From the NCBI GenBank assembly GCA_964593405.1, contig CAZQIO010000001.1, positions 2,263 to 66,262 on the forward strand: a DNA stretch of 64,000 nt, given 5' to 3'. The position numbers and the translations under genes were made by a program. Positions 18,742 through 28,323 of this stretch are shown here, one piece after another (the first letter of the stretch is position 1; each line of letters starts with the position of its first letter). The stretch is from an uncultured Candidatus Saccharibacteria bacterium (GTDB taxonomy: Bacteria; Patescibacteriota; Minisyncoccia; Minisyncoccales; GBS-2). The notes below the pieces were generated by a model, which saw nothing but the letters and a program-made list of their open reading frames with translations, searched no databases and was not told the DNA's origin.

Positions 18742-19991
18742 GAGCTGGAGAGTCATCGAGATTTTGGCCACTAAACTACAAACACAAATCCCTTTTTTAT
18801 TTGATGGGAAAACCGATAATTTGGTGGTGCTTAAAAGGAATTGAAAAACAGGGTTTAAAAGAAATAATCATCGTTCAATCCCCAAAAAGAGATATTGAAG
18901 AGGAATTGAGAAAGTTCAAATTTCAAAATTTAAAAATCAAATTTGTCATTCAGCCAAAGCCAATAGGCACAGGAAATGCTCTTTGGCAGGCCAAAAACCT
19001 TTTGCGGGGCAATTTTTTTGTTTTAAACGCCGACGTTTTGTGCTCAGATTTAATTTTAAAGCCAATGCTAAAAATCATCAAAAAAGAAAAAAAGCCTACT
19101 TTAGCAGGGCAAAAAACAAAAACTCCTTGGCTCTTTGGAATGATGAAACTAAAAGGAGATAGAATTTTAAAAATTGTTGAAAAGCCAAAAAAAGGAAAAG
19201 AACCTTCAGATATTAAAGTTGTTGGGGTTTACTTTTTAGAGCCAAAATATTTTGAATTTTATCAAAAAGTGGAAAAACACCCTTTTGATTTTGAAGACGC
19301 TCTTTCTGAATACATGAAAAAGAGAGAAGTAAAATTGGCCTTGATTGAACAACCAGAAGAGAAAACACCAGCTTTTTTAAAATATCCATGGCACCTTTTC
19401 AATTTGAGAAATTATTTGTTTGATAATTTTTTGAAAGAAAAAATTGAAAATGGGGTTGAAATTTCAAAAAGAGTTATCATTGATGGAAAAGTTTACATTG
19501 GAAAAGGTACAAAAATTTTTGAAGGAGTAACAATTAAAGGGCCTTGTTTTATTGGAGAAAATTGCACTATTGGAAACAACTCATTAGTCAGAGAATACGT
19601 TAACTTAGAAAACACGGTTTTAATCGGAGCCTTCTGTGAAATAGCCAGGTCAATTTTTCAAGAAGGTTCAACAACCCATTCTGGCTATTTTGGAGATTCG
19701 ATAATCGGCAGAGAAACAAAAATTGGGGCAGGCACGATAACTTCTAATGTGAGGCTAGACAGGCAAGAAATAGTTTGCGAGGTCAAAGGAGAAAAAATTA
19801 AAACAGGTTTGAAATCTTTTGGAACGGCAGTCGGCCAAAAAACTTTAATTGGAACAAAGGTTAACATTATGCCAGGAAAATTTATTGGATCTGATTGCGT
19901 CATTGGACCAAACTCTATCATTTTTGAAAACGTAAAAGATAACACAAAATATTTCACTCAATTCCAAAATGTCAAAAAAGAAAAAAAATGA
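18720..19991 (+). CDS. bifunctional sugar-1-phosphate nucleotidylyltransferase / left-handed beta-helix acetyltransferase (GlmU-like)
   Basis: ILGAGESSRFWP NTP-transferase motif plus C-terminal hexapeptide repeats. Confidence 0.7.
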   Translation: MYQTVILGAGESSRFWPLNYKHKSLFYLMGKPIIWWCLKGIEKQGLKEIIIVQSPKRDIEEELRKFKFQNLKIKFVIQPKPIGTGNALWQAKNLLRGNFFVLNADVLCSDLILKPMLKIIKKEKKPTLAGQKTKTPWLFGMMKLKGDRILKIVEKPKKGKEPSDIKVVGVYFLEPKYFEFYQKVEKHPFDFEDALSEYMKKREVKLALIEQPEEKTPAFLKYPWHLFNLRNYLFDNFLKEKIENGVEISKRVIIDGKVYIGKGTKIFEGVTIKGPCFIGENCTIGNNSLVREYVNLENTVLIGAFCEIARSIFQEGSTTHSGYFGDSIIGRETKIGAGTITSNVRLDRQEIVCEVKGEKIKTGLKSFGTAVGQKTLIGTKVNIMPGKFIGSDCVIGPNSIIFENVKDNTKYFTQFQNVKKEKK

Positions 19992-20889
19992 ATTTTTTGT
20001 TATTGGAGTTGATGGAGGAGGAACAAAAACAGTAGGGGTTTTGGCAACAAATAAAGGAAAAATTCAAAGAAAAATTGAAATTTCTTCTACAAATCCAAAC
20101 AAAATTGGCTTTAAAAGATCAATTTTTAATTTGAAAAGACTACTAAAGAAACTTTCAAAAGGTAAATCAAAGAAAATTAAGTTGGCTTACTTGGGTTTGG
20201 CCGGAGGATTAGAAAGGGACGAGGGAAAAAGAAGAAAAATTGAAAAGGAACTTCAAAAATTTTTTCCCTTCAAAATTGTAGTTGAGGGAGATCAAATAAT
20301 AGCCTTCAGAGCGGCAACGAATGAAAAAAATGGTATTGTCGTTATTGCTGGAACAGGAGCGATTGCGATGGGTTGGAAGGGAGGAAAAAAAGCAATTTGT
20401 GGAGGCTGGGATTGGTTGATTGGAGATCAAGGCTCTGCCTTTTGGGTTGGAAAGAGAGTTTTGGAGGAGGTGGCAAAATCTATGGATAAAAGAGTAAAAA
20501 AATTGGCAATTGAAAAATATCTTTTTGAAAAATTTAAAATCAAAAAAGAAAGCGACCTTTACAAATTTTACGATCCAAATTTTGTTGAAAAGGTAGCTTC
20601 GATTGCAAAAATTGTCGATCGATTAGCAAAAAAAGGAGACAGTTTTTCAAAAAAAATTTTAACAAAAGCGGCTAAAGAATTGACAAAAATGACTTTACAA
20701 GTTATTAGAACATTAAAATTAAAAAACCAACAATTCCCTCTGGTTTTAGTCGGTGGCATGTTTAAATCAAAAATTTTAAGCGAAAAAATCACAAAAGAAA
20801 TTAAAAAAATTGCACCAAAAACAAAAATTTTTCTTTCTCAAAAACCACCTGTGTTTGGAGCAATAAAACTAGCCCTTGAAGCTTTATAA
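19969..20889 (+). CDS. BadF/BadG/BcrA/BcrD-type ATPase (N-acetylglucosamine kinase-like)
   Basis: FVIGVDGGGTKTVGVL phosphate-1 motif and VIAGTGAIAMGW phosphate-2 motif. Confidence 0.6.
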   Translation: MSKKKKNEFFVIGVDGGGTKTVGVLATNKGKIQRKIEISSTNPNKIGFKRSIFNLKRLLKKLSKGKSKKIKLAYLGLAGGLERDEGKRRKIEKELQKFFPFKIVVEGDQIIAFRAATNEKNGIVVIAGTGAIAMGWKGGKKAICGGWDWLIGDQGSAFWVGKRVLEEVAKSMDKRVKKLAIEKYLFEKFKIKKESDLYKFYDPNFVEKVASIAKIVDRLAKKGDSFSKKILTKAAKELTKMTLQVIRTLKLKNQQFPLVLVGGMFKSKILSEKITKEIKKIAPKTKIFLSQKPPVFGAIKLALEAL

Positions 20890-20948
20890 ACCAAAAATAG
20901 CCTATATTATCAAACTTATCTCTGCCATGATTTTCAGTTTGTGAGAAT

Positions 20949-22058
20949 TTAGGGCGATGACTTTATTAGTGCTCTCAATTTCTTCTTACATTCTGGGTCA
21001 GTTATGTATTCTGCAAGTTCTTGAAAAGAATAGGGAAAAATTTGTAATGCTTCCTTCAATTCTTCTTTTAATTTTGGATCCCTGAGCATTGCGGCTAATT
21101 TTTCTGTTATTTCTTCTCTTTCAAAAAAGAAAGAAAGTAATGAAGCAAGGGAAACAAAGTGATGAGGACTCAGAGATAACCTCCCTTTCACATTTTTTTT
21201 AAAGTCGATTTTGCCTTTGGTAGTTAACCTCAATTCTTTGTTTGAAGCATCTAAGAGCAGTTTGCGAAAAATGAGCAGGCGATCTTTTATCTTTTCATCC
21301 AAACTTTGGTGTAAAAAACACTCTGTTTGTTGGAGGAGGAATATATACCACCGTAAAAGAACGATTACTTCTTGTTTTGAAAAACTATCCCAATCAATAG
21401 AGAAAACCCTTATTGTGTTTTCAACTTCCTCCATGGGAAGGGGGAGGAAAAAAATTGGAATGTTTGAACATTCTTTTATTTCTATTCTCCGTCCTTTTTC
21501 AGAAACTTCCAAAGAAATGCCATATTTTAGTTTTGCTCCGCCTTTTGTATTTATCTCTGAAACCACTCTTGTTTTCTTTCTATAACTAATTCCCCCAACT
21601 TCTGAAACCTCATCTATAGCACAAACTATCTCTCCTTGCGGATTTAATATAATGTTGTCTACCTTATTGAAGAAATCATCATATTCTGAAGTTCTAACCA
21701 CAATCCAATCTTTACCTAAAAACTTGGCAAAAACAGCTACTTTTAACCTTTCTAACCACTCTCCCCATTCTTCCGATTTTTCTTTAATGCTTAAAAGTAT
21801 CCTTTCTGGATCTTTTCTATATGCCAACAATTGTTTTATTTCATTTCTCGGAAAGTTTATTTTACGCTTTACATTTTCGAGCCGTTTTCGGTCTTCGGGT
21901 GTTAGTTCAGGAACAAGTCGACACCCATTGTCTACTCGACACCCCCACCTCTGTAATTGTCCTGCATAATCGTTTAAGAACTGCATCAATCTTTCCCTCC
22001 CTTTTTCAACCGGTTCCTCTGAACCCTCAATTGTTACTGGAGAGATTTTCTCTGGCAT
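20949..22058 (-). CDS. hypothetical protein (369 aa)
   Basis: Long ORF with no motif I recognise. Confidence 0.4.
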   Translation of the reverse strand: MPEKISPVTIEGSEEPVEKGRERLMQFLNDYAGQLQRWGCRVDNGCRLVPELTPEDRKRLENVKRKINFPRNEIKQLLAYRKDPERILLSIKEKSEEWGEWLERLKVAVFAKFLGKDWIVVRTSEYDDFFNKVDNIILNPQGEIVCAIDEVSEVGGISYRKKTRVVSEINTKGGAKLKYGISLEVSEKGRRIEIKECSNIPIFFLPLPMEEVENTIRVFSIDWDSFSKQEVIVLLRWYIFLLQQTECFLHQSLDEKIKDRLLIFRKLLLDASNKELRLTTKGKIDFKKNVKGRLSLSPHHFVSLASLLSFFFEREEITEKLAAMLRDPKLKEELKEALQIFPYSFQELAEYITDPECKKKLRALIKSSP

Positions 22059-22093
22059 ATGAAAAAATTTAATTGGTGAAAAGAAAATTAAAT

Positions 22094-22183
22094 TGGTGCC
22101 CGGGGAGGGACTCGAACCCTCACGGGGTTTTACCCCCAGTAGATTTTGAGTCTACCGCGACTTCCAGATTCCGCCACCCGGGC
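22094..22183 (-). tRNA. tRNA-Leu(CAA), CCA encoded
   Basis: Reverse complement gives acceptor GCCCGGG/CCCGGGC, anticodon stem GTAGA/TCTAC with loop CTCAAAA, a long variable arm, T arm GAGGG-TTCGAGT-CCCTC, ACCA tail. Confidence 0.8.
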
Positions 22184-22353
22184 TCAATTTTCATTTTCTT
22201 AATTTTTTTCTAAATTGTCAATTGAAGACTTGACAACAATCTTTTTTGGATTAAAATAAACAAGGGAAAACCATGAGGAAGATAATGAAAATTTACACGA
22301 GAACCTACAAAAACTGTTTGGCGGCATTTTGTATTTTTATTAATTTTCTCTAG

Positions 22354-22414
22354 CAGGGGGTAAGAGAGGGAGCAAGAAATTATTTAAAACTTCTCTAACC
22401 CCCTGCAAAGGGGG
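22354..22414 (+). promoter_or_regulatory. structured 5' leader of greA with mutually exclusive helices involving the Shine-Dalgarno
   Basis: CAGGGGGT (22354-61) can pair with ACCCCCTG (22398-405). Alternatively CCCCCT-GCAA-AGGGGG (22399-414) forms a GNRA-capped hairpin that buries the AGGGGG SD 14 nt upstream of the ATG. Confidence 0.3.
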
Positions 22415-22427
22415 CCTTCAAAATTAT

Positions 22428-22901
22428 ATGAGAAAAAAATTCTACCTGACAAAAGAAGGATTAGAAAAATTAAAAAGAGAGTACCAAAACTTGAAAGCTT
22501 TAAAATTGAAGCAATTGAAAGGAAATTTGCCCCAGATTTTTCATTCTGAAGATATTAATCCTGAATATTTAGCTTTTAAAGAAGACATGAATTTTTTAGA
22601 AACTAGACTTGCCGAATTAGAATTTATTTTGAAAAATTTTCAGTTGATCAAACCTCCTCCAAAAGAACTCCAAAACCACGTTGCCTTGGGGGCAACCGTC
22701 ACTTTAGAAGATGAAAGCGGGGCAATCAATGAATTCACTATAGTGGGCACGTTAGAGGCAAATCCAATGGAAGGAAAAATTTCAAACGAATCTCCAGTAG
22801 GAAAAGCCCTTTTGGGGAAAAAAGTTGGAGACATTGTTGAAATACTTTCCCCAATTAGGGTGGTGTATAAGATAAAAAAAATTAAATATCATTTATCTTG
22901 A
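22428..22901 (+). CDS. greA: transcription elongation factor GreA
   Basis: N-terminal coiled coil (LTKEGLEKLKREYQNLK) and a C-terminal FKBP-like domain (PVGKALLGKKVGDIVEI). Confidence 0.8.
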   Translation: MRKKFYLTKEGLEKLKREYQNLKALKLKQLKGNLPQIFHSEDINPEYLAFKEDMNFLETRLAELEFILKNFQLIKPPPKELQNHVALGATVTLEDESGAINEFTIVGTLEANPMEGKISNESPVGKALLGKKVGDIVEILSPIRVVYKIKKIKYHLS

Positions 22902-22904
22902 GAA

Positions 22905-24173
22905 ATGAAAAAAATTCTCAATTTCCTCATTAGAGTTAACAAGTTGAAAGAAATACCAAGAACTGGGTGGGTGTTGAGAGGAGTCAAAAATCCTGAAACG
23001 ATCGCCGAACACACCTTCCGTTTAGCAGTAATGGTTTGGCTATTTGGAGAAGAAAAGAAATTGGAAGTTCAAAAAATGATCAAAGAAGCTTTATTTCATG
23101 ACATTTGCGAAGTTTATGCAGGGGATATTCCCCCATTTTTTTATTATTTACAAGTTCTAAAAAGTAAACAAAAAAAAGAAGAAATTTTTGCCAAATGGGT
23201 TAGACTTTCCCAAAAAGAAAAAATAAAGAGGTCAAAAATGAAATTAAAAAAAGAAAAGCAAGCACTTCTGAAAGTAATAAAGGGATTGAAAAATGAGTGG
23301 AAAAAGGAAATTCTTTCTTGTTTTGTTGATTATGTAGAAGGACTTTCAAAAGAGGGAAGATTTTTTAGGCAAGTAGACAAAATAGAAACATTCCTTCAGG
23401 CAATAGAGTATTTTGGTCCCCACGCAAAACTTCTTAATGCTTGGTGGGAAGAGATTGAAGAGATAGTTGAGGATCCTTTACTTTTGGAATTTATCAAAGT
23501 TGTAGAGAAAAAATTCTACGGAAAATCGAAAAATGCTCAGAGGAATAGAAAAGTAGAAAATTTTTTAGATTTCTTTTTAAAGATCGGAAAAATAAAAAGA
23601 ATACCGAGGTTGTATTGGATTTTAAGGAAAATCAAAAATCCAGAAACGGTTGCCGGCCACATTTTTACTGTTGCAATAATGGCTTGGGTTTTTGGGAAAG
23701 AAAAACCGCACTTGAGTATGGAAAAACTTTTAAAAATGGCTCTTTGCCACGAAATCACAGCAATAGAAACTGGGGATACAACCCCCTACGATAGAATTTT
23801 AAAGACAAAAGATAAAGAAAAAGAAAAAATCCTAGCAAAAATGATCAGGCTTTCAGAAAAAGAGAAAAAAAAGAATTTTTGGGCAGATTATAAAAAAGAA
23901 AAGAAAACTCTTGAAAAAATAACAAAAAACTTAGATAACGAAACCAAAAAAGAAATAATCAACCTTTGGGAAGATTACAGAAAAAAAGAAAGTTCAGAAG
24001 GGATTTTTCTTTCTCAATTGAACACTGTCGCAGTTTTGTTCCAGGGAGTTTTGTACAAAAAGAAAATTAAAAATTTTTCCACCTCTCCCCTTTGGGAATG
24101 GGCCTTTGAAAGCGTCTCTGATCCATTGATTTTAAAATTTCTCGATGCCTTAAAAGAGTATGAAAAAAATTAA
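22905..24173 (+). CDS. tandem double HD-domain phosphohydrolase (YfbR-like 5'-deoxynucleotidase duplicated within one ORF)
   Basis: Two internal repeats: IPRTGWVLRGVKNPETIAEHTFRLAVMVWLF...HDICE and IPRLYWILRKIKNPETVAGHIFTVAIMAWVF...HEIT. Confidence 0.7.
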   Translation: MKKILNFLIRVNKLKEIPRTGWVLRGVKNPETIAEHTFRLAVMVWLFGEEKKLEVQKMIKEALFHDICEVYAGDIPPFFYYLQVLKSKQKKEEIFAKWVRLSQKEKIKRSKMKLKKEKQALLKVIKGLKNEWKKEILSCFVDYVEGLSKEGRFFRQVDKIETFLQAIEYFGPHAKLLNAWWEEIEEIVEDPLLLEFIKVVEKKFYGKSKNAQRNRKVENFLDFFLKIGKIKRIPRLYWILRKIKNPETVAGHIFTVAIMAWVFGKEKPHLSMEKLLKMALCHEITAIETGDTTPYDRILKTKDKEKEKILAKMIRLSEKEKKKNFWADYKKEKKTLEKITKNLDNETKKEIINLWEDYRKKESSEGIFLSQLNTVAVLFQGVLYKKKIKNFSTSPLWEWAFESVSDPLILKFLDALKEYEKN

Positions 24174-24903
24174 AGTTGGATGTTGCGGATTTCCTGAAAA
24201 CAAAAAAGAGTACTTTAAAAAATTTTCTTTAGTTGAGTTGCAATCTACTTTTTACGAAATTCCGGCAAAAATGGAAACTGTGAAAAAATGGAGAGAGGAG
24301 GCTCCAAAAGATTTTGAGTTTTCTCTGAAAGCATTTCAAGTAATAACTCACGATGCTTCAAGTCCTACTTACAAAAAATTGAAAAGAAAATTTGGTAATC
24401 AAAAAAATTATGGATTTTTTAAAAACACAAAAGAAGTATTTTTGGCTTGGGAGATGACAAAGAATGTGGCAAAAGAATTAAAAGCAAAAGTTATTGTTTT
24501 TCAATGCCCTTCTTCCTTTAAGCCAGAAAAAGAGAACATAAAAAATTTTGAAAACTTTTTCAAAAAAATAAAAGAGAAAAATTTTATTTTTGCTTGGGAA
24601 CCAAGAGGAGAATGGTCAGAAGATTTGATTAAAAATCTGTGCAAAAAATTGAATTTGGTCCATTGTGTTGACCCTTTCAAACAAAAACCAGTTTTTGGAA
24701 AAATAAATTACTTTAGGTTGCACGGAAAACCAGGATACAATTTAAAGTACAATTATACTATTGAAGATTTCAAAGAACTTTTGAAGTTTTGTGACAAAAA
24801 AGAAAACTACGTTTTGTTTAACAATTTAAATATGGGAAAAGATGCCCAAAGTTTTCAAAAGCTCCTCAAAAATGTTCCACATTATATTGCCATGGCAAAA
24901 TAA
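24160..24903 (+). CDS. DUF72 (YecE-like) family protein, paralog 1
   Basis: VGCCGFP...ELQSTFYEIP matches the DUF72 signature. Tandem with the next gene. Confidence 0.6.
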   Translation: MKKIKVGCCGFPENKKEYFKKFSLVELQSTFYEIPAKMETVKKWREEAPKDFEFSLKAFQVITHDASSPTYKKLKRKFGNQKNYGFFKNTKEVFLAWEMTKNVAKELKAKVIVFQCPSSFKPEKENIKNFENFFKKIKEKNFIFAWEPRGEWSEDLIKNLCKKLNLVHCVDPFKQKPVFGKINYFRLHGKPGYNLKYNYTIEDFKELLKFCDKKENYVLFNNLNMGKDAQSFQKLLKNVPHYIAMAK

Positions 24904-24915
24904 TGTGGCACAATT

Positions 24916-25668
24916 ATGAGTGAAGTTTTTATTGGGACATCGGGGTATATTTATCCCCATTGGGAAGGAGTTTTTTATCCTCTAGGCTGGCCCAAAGCAA
25001 AAAAATTGGAATACTATTGCCAGCATTTTGATACAGTTGAACTAAACAATACTTTTTATAGGCTTCCTGGTAAAAAAACTTTTGAAAGTTGGTACAAAAG
25101 AACTTCCAAGAATTTTATTTTCGCAGTCAAGGTTTCAAGATTCATCACTCATATTAAAAAATTGAAAGATTGCCGAGAATCTTGGGAGATATTTTTAAAG
25201 CGGGCTTTAATTTTAAAAGAAAAACTAGGCCCTCTCTTGTTTCAGTTGCCACCTTCTTGGAAAAAGGATGCAAAAAGGTTGGAAGAATTTTTAAAACTAA
25301 TAACTAAAAACCTAGAACCTAAAACCTCAAACTTAAAGTTTGCTTTTGAATTCAGGAATGAAACTTGGTGTTGCCAAGAAATTTATGATTTGTTGAAAAA
25401 ATACAATTGCGCTTGGGTTGTTGTCGATTCTCCCCATTGGCCAAAGGTTTTCCAGGTTACTGCAGATTTTGTTTATGTTAGAATGCACGGTTCAAAAATT
25501 TTGTTTGGTTCAAAGTATACAAAAAAGGAATTAGAGAATTTGGCAGAAAAAATTAAAGAATGGCAAAAACAAAGATTAGATGTTTTTGTCTATTTTAACA
25601 ACGACGCCCATGGCTTTGCAGTTCAAAATGCAAAAGAATTATTAAGATTGACAAAGAATTTTAAATAA
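24916..25668 (+). CDS. DUF72 (YecE-like) family protein, paralog 2
   Basis: IGTSGYIYPHWEGVFYP...YYCQHFDTVELNNTFYRLP canonical DUF72 N-terminus. Confidence 0.7.
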   Translation: MSEVFIGTSGYIYPHWEGVFYPLGWPKAKKLEYYCQHFDTVELNNTFYRLPGKKTFESWYKRTSKNFIFAVKVSRFITHIKKLKDCRESWEIFLKRALILKEKLGPLLFQLPPSWKKDAKRLEEFLKLITKNLEPKTSNLKFAFEFRNETWCCQEIYDLLKKYNCAWVVVDSPHWPKVFQVTADFVYVRMHGSKILFGSKYTKKELENLAEKIKEWQKQRLDVFVYFNNDAHGFAVQNAKELLRLTKNFK

Positions 25669-25707
25669 ACTAAAAAAAGAAAAGGTCGAAAAATCAATTT
25701 TAAACCA

Positions 25708-26397
25708 ATGAGAAAAGTTTTATTGTCAATTTTAATTGGAGTTTTGATTTTGGCAATTTCAAATCCAATCGCTGCCAAGTCCAAAGGAAAAAAAATTAAT
25801 GAGCCAGTAGATAAGATAACTTTCATTCACTACAAAGGAGGAAAAGTAAGAGTGGAAGGTAAAGGAGCAAAAGCTCAAACCTGTTATAAGTTGTTGGGGG
25901 TAAAATGGAGAAATCTGCCGATAGATTATGTGATTCAAACTGGAATTCCAGAAAGTGCCATTTCCTTGGCGACTGCTGAATGGGATAGGTGGACCTCTGC
26001 TAATTTATTTGGAAATTTTGCTACAGATTCTTTAGCCGATTTTGATGAAGATTCACCAGATGGAAAAAACGAGTACAGCATTGGCAATTATCCAGAAGAG
26101 GGTGTAATAGCAGTGACAAACATTTGGTACACTATTCGTTCAAAACAAATTGTTGAATACGACGTGCTGTTTGACACTGATTATTTATGGGGAGATGCGA
26201 CAATCAACCCTGAAGTAATGGATTGGCAAAACATTGCCACTCACGAAACAGGACATGGTTTGGGTCTTGGCGATGTTTATCAAACTCTTTGCTCTGAGGT
26301 GACAATGTATGGATATTCTGATTATGGAGAGACAAAGAAAAGAACTCTTGAAACACCAGATATTTTAGGACTTCAAAAACTCTACGGCGGACTATAA
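25708..26397 (+). CDS. secreted metzincin-like Zn metalloprotease (HExxHxxGxxD, snapalysin/matrixin-like)
   Basis: Signal peptide, HETGHGLGLGD zinc-binding motif, and a downstream Met-turn-like MYGY. Confidence 0.6.
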   Translation: MRKVLLSILIGVLILAISNPIAAKSKGKKINEPVDKITFIHYKGGKVRVEGKGAKAQTCYKLLGVKWRNLPIDYVIQTGIPESAISLATAEWDRWTSANLFGNFATDSLADFDEDSPDGKNEYSIGNYPEEGVIAVTNIWYTIRSKQIVEYDVLFDTDYLWGDATINPEVMDWQNIATHETGHGLGLGDVYQTLCSEVTMYGYSDYGETKKRTLETPDILGLQKLYGGL

Positions 26398-26489
26398 AAT
26401 AGGGTTTATTTGATTTTTTGTTTGCCACCTAGTTTCTCTTTGCGATTTTTTCTTTTTCATTATCTGACCAATGATCATTTTTTAAAATT

Positions 26490-27047
26490 ATGAAAAAAGA
26501 GAATTTTAAATTGCTTGAGAAAAAAGGTGCGGTTTTAGTCATTGTCGATGTTCAGGAAAAATTGCTGCCAAAAATCAAAGAAAAGGGCAAGATTTTAAAA
26601 AACATTTTAAAACTGGTTAAATTTGCAAAAATCATTAACCTTCCGATTGTTTTGACTGAACAATACCCAAAGGGCCTGGGGAAGACAGTCAATGAAATTA
26701 GAAAAATTTTACCAAATATAGAGCCAATTCAAAAAACAACCTTTAGTTGTTTTGGCAGCAAAAATTTCAAAGAAAAATTAAAAAAGCTTAAGGTCTCAAG
26801 TTTAATCATTGTTGGAATAGAAACTCACATTTGTGTTCTTCAAACAGCACTCGAAGCAATCGGTCGTTTTAAAGTTTTTGTTGTAGCCGATGCCACTTCT
26901 TCCCGTTCGAAAAAAGACTGGCAAATTGCTATTGAAAGAATGAGAGAGGAGGGAGTGACAATTTCTTCAACAGAAATGCTAATTTTTGAATTGTTAAAAG
27001 ATACAAAAGAAAAAGAATTCAAAAAAGTTTTGGAATTGTTGAAATAA
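26490..27047 (+). CDS. isochorismatase-family cysteine hydrolase
   Basis: VLVIVDVQ (Asp), Lys, and a VGIETHICV (Cys) triad arrangement. Confidence 0.7.
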   Translation: MKKENFKLLEKKGAVLVIVDVQEKLLPKIKEKGKILKNILKLVKFAKIINLPIVLTEQYPKGLGKTVNEIRKILPNIEPIQKTTFSCFGSKNFKEKLKKLKVSSLIIVGIETHICVLQTALEAIGRFKVFVVADATSSRSKKDWQIAIERMREEGVTISSTEMLIFELLKDTKEKEFKKVLELLK

Positions 27048-27060
27048 AAAGAACGTCTTA

Positions 27061-27130
27061 TTATAATTCACTAATGAGATTTACTGTTTCAACAAAAGGA
27101 TTTTGCGATGTAATAGATATTACCTTTTAA
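27061..27130 (+). repeat. remnant copy A of the yjbQ promoter-proximal 5' end (TATAAT box, ATG, 18 codons then stop)
   Basis: TTATAATtcacTAATGAGATTTACTGTTTCAACAAAAGGATTTTGCGATGTAATAGATATTAC is ~90% identical to 41041-41090 and shares the upstream TATAAT-N4-TAATG with copy B. Confidence 0.6.
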
Positions 27131-27184
27131 AATAAATTAAGTCTAAAGTTTTATACATCCAGTGCGTAAAAACAACCAAAATAA

Positions 27185-28276
27185 ATGTACCATCTTTTCA
27201 GGAAATTGATAGACATAAATTTATTATATTTAAGCAAATATTCTCGCTTTTTTTTAAATTTTATTCAACCAAGGCCGATTGAGGCCAGCTTTAAGGTAAC
27301 TGAGAGGTGCAACAGCCGGTGCATTACCTGTAATGTCTGGAAAAATGTTCCCAAGAATGAATTGACTACTCAAGAAATAGAAAATGTTTTTTATCAGTTA
27401 AGAGAGATAGGAATAAAATATATCGGTTTCACTGGTGGAGAATGTTTGTTAAGGGATGACATTGGTGAATTGATTAAAAAAGCCAAAAAAATATTAAGAG
27501 CAAAAGTTTATATAATCACAAATGGTATATTGTTAGAAGAAAAAGCAAAGATTCTTTTGGAACAGGGAGTAGATTATATCAGCGTTTCCCTTGATGGCAT
27601 AGGAAAAACTGATGAAAAAATAAGAGGAGTCCCCGGTCATTACGAGAAGGTCATAAGAGGAATTAAACGATTAAGAAAATTGAGTTCGGGGAAATCGCCT
27701 CCCATTAATATAGGCACCACCCTTGTCAAACTTAACCTTCACGAAATTCCAAAATTGATTGAGGTTTGTAAAAAATTAAATGTAACTTGGTCGTATAATT
27801 TATTAGATACAAGCCTTTATTTCTTTAAAGGTATTGATACTTCCCAACTATTGGTCAACGATGAGAATTTAGTGGATAAAACGATCGATTATTTATACGA
27901 AATAAAAAAGAAGGACCCCGAAATAATTAACATGAATTTTAAGAGTTTGGAATTTGCCAGAGAGTATCTTAAAAATAAAAAGCCCAATTTCCATTGCACT
28001 ATGGGGTATCTGAGAGTTTTGATAGATTCAAGTTTAAATGTCTATTCAGGTTGTTGGGCTCTTCCTCCGATGGGAAACTTAAGAAAAGAAAATTTAAAAG
28101 ATATTATTAGATCGCCAAAATATAAACAAAGGACAAAACAAATGTTTGATTTAAACTGCCCAAGATGTACTTGCGGTTATGCATTCTCTCTGGCGATTAA
28201 CTTTTTACCTTCAAGTTTGATTGAAGCAATCAAAAATTTTAAGGGGTATAAAACATATCTAAAAATGATAGTGTAG
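27185..28276 (+). CDS. radical SAM protein with C-terminal SPASM/twitch-like Cys cluster
   Basis: CNSRCITCN (CxxxCxxC), GGEC, and a C-terminal ...CTMGY...GCW...CPRCTCGY. Confidence 0.7.
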   Translation: MYHLFRKLIDINLLYLSKYSRFFLNFIQPRPIEASFKVTERCNSRCITCNVWKNVPKNELTTQEIENVFYQLREIGIKYIGFTGGECLLRDDIGELIKKAKKILRAKVYIITNGILLEEKAKILLEQGVDYISVSLDGIGKTDEKIRGVPGHYEKVIRGIKRLRKLSSGKSPPINIGTTLVKLNLHEIPKLIEVCKKLNVTWSYNLLDTSLYFFKGIDTSQLLVNDENLVDKTIDYLYEIKKKDPEIINMNFKSLEFAREYLKNKKPNFHCTMGYLRVLIDSSLNVYSGCWALPPMGNLRKENLKDIIRSPKYKQRTKQMFDLNCPRCTCGYAFSLAINFLPSSLIEAIKNFKGYKTYLKMIV

Positions 28277-28323
28277 TATTGCAAAGCGGATAATCGGTTA
28301 GACCAAGAAACTTAAAAGGGAAT

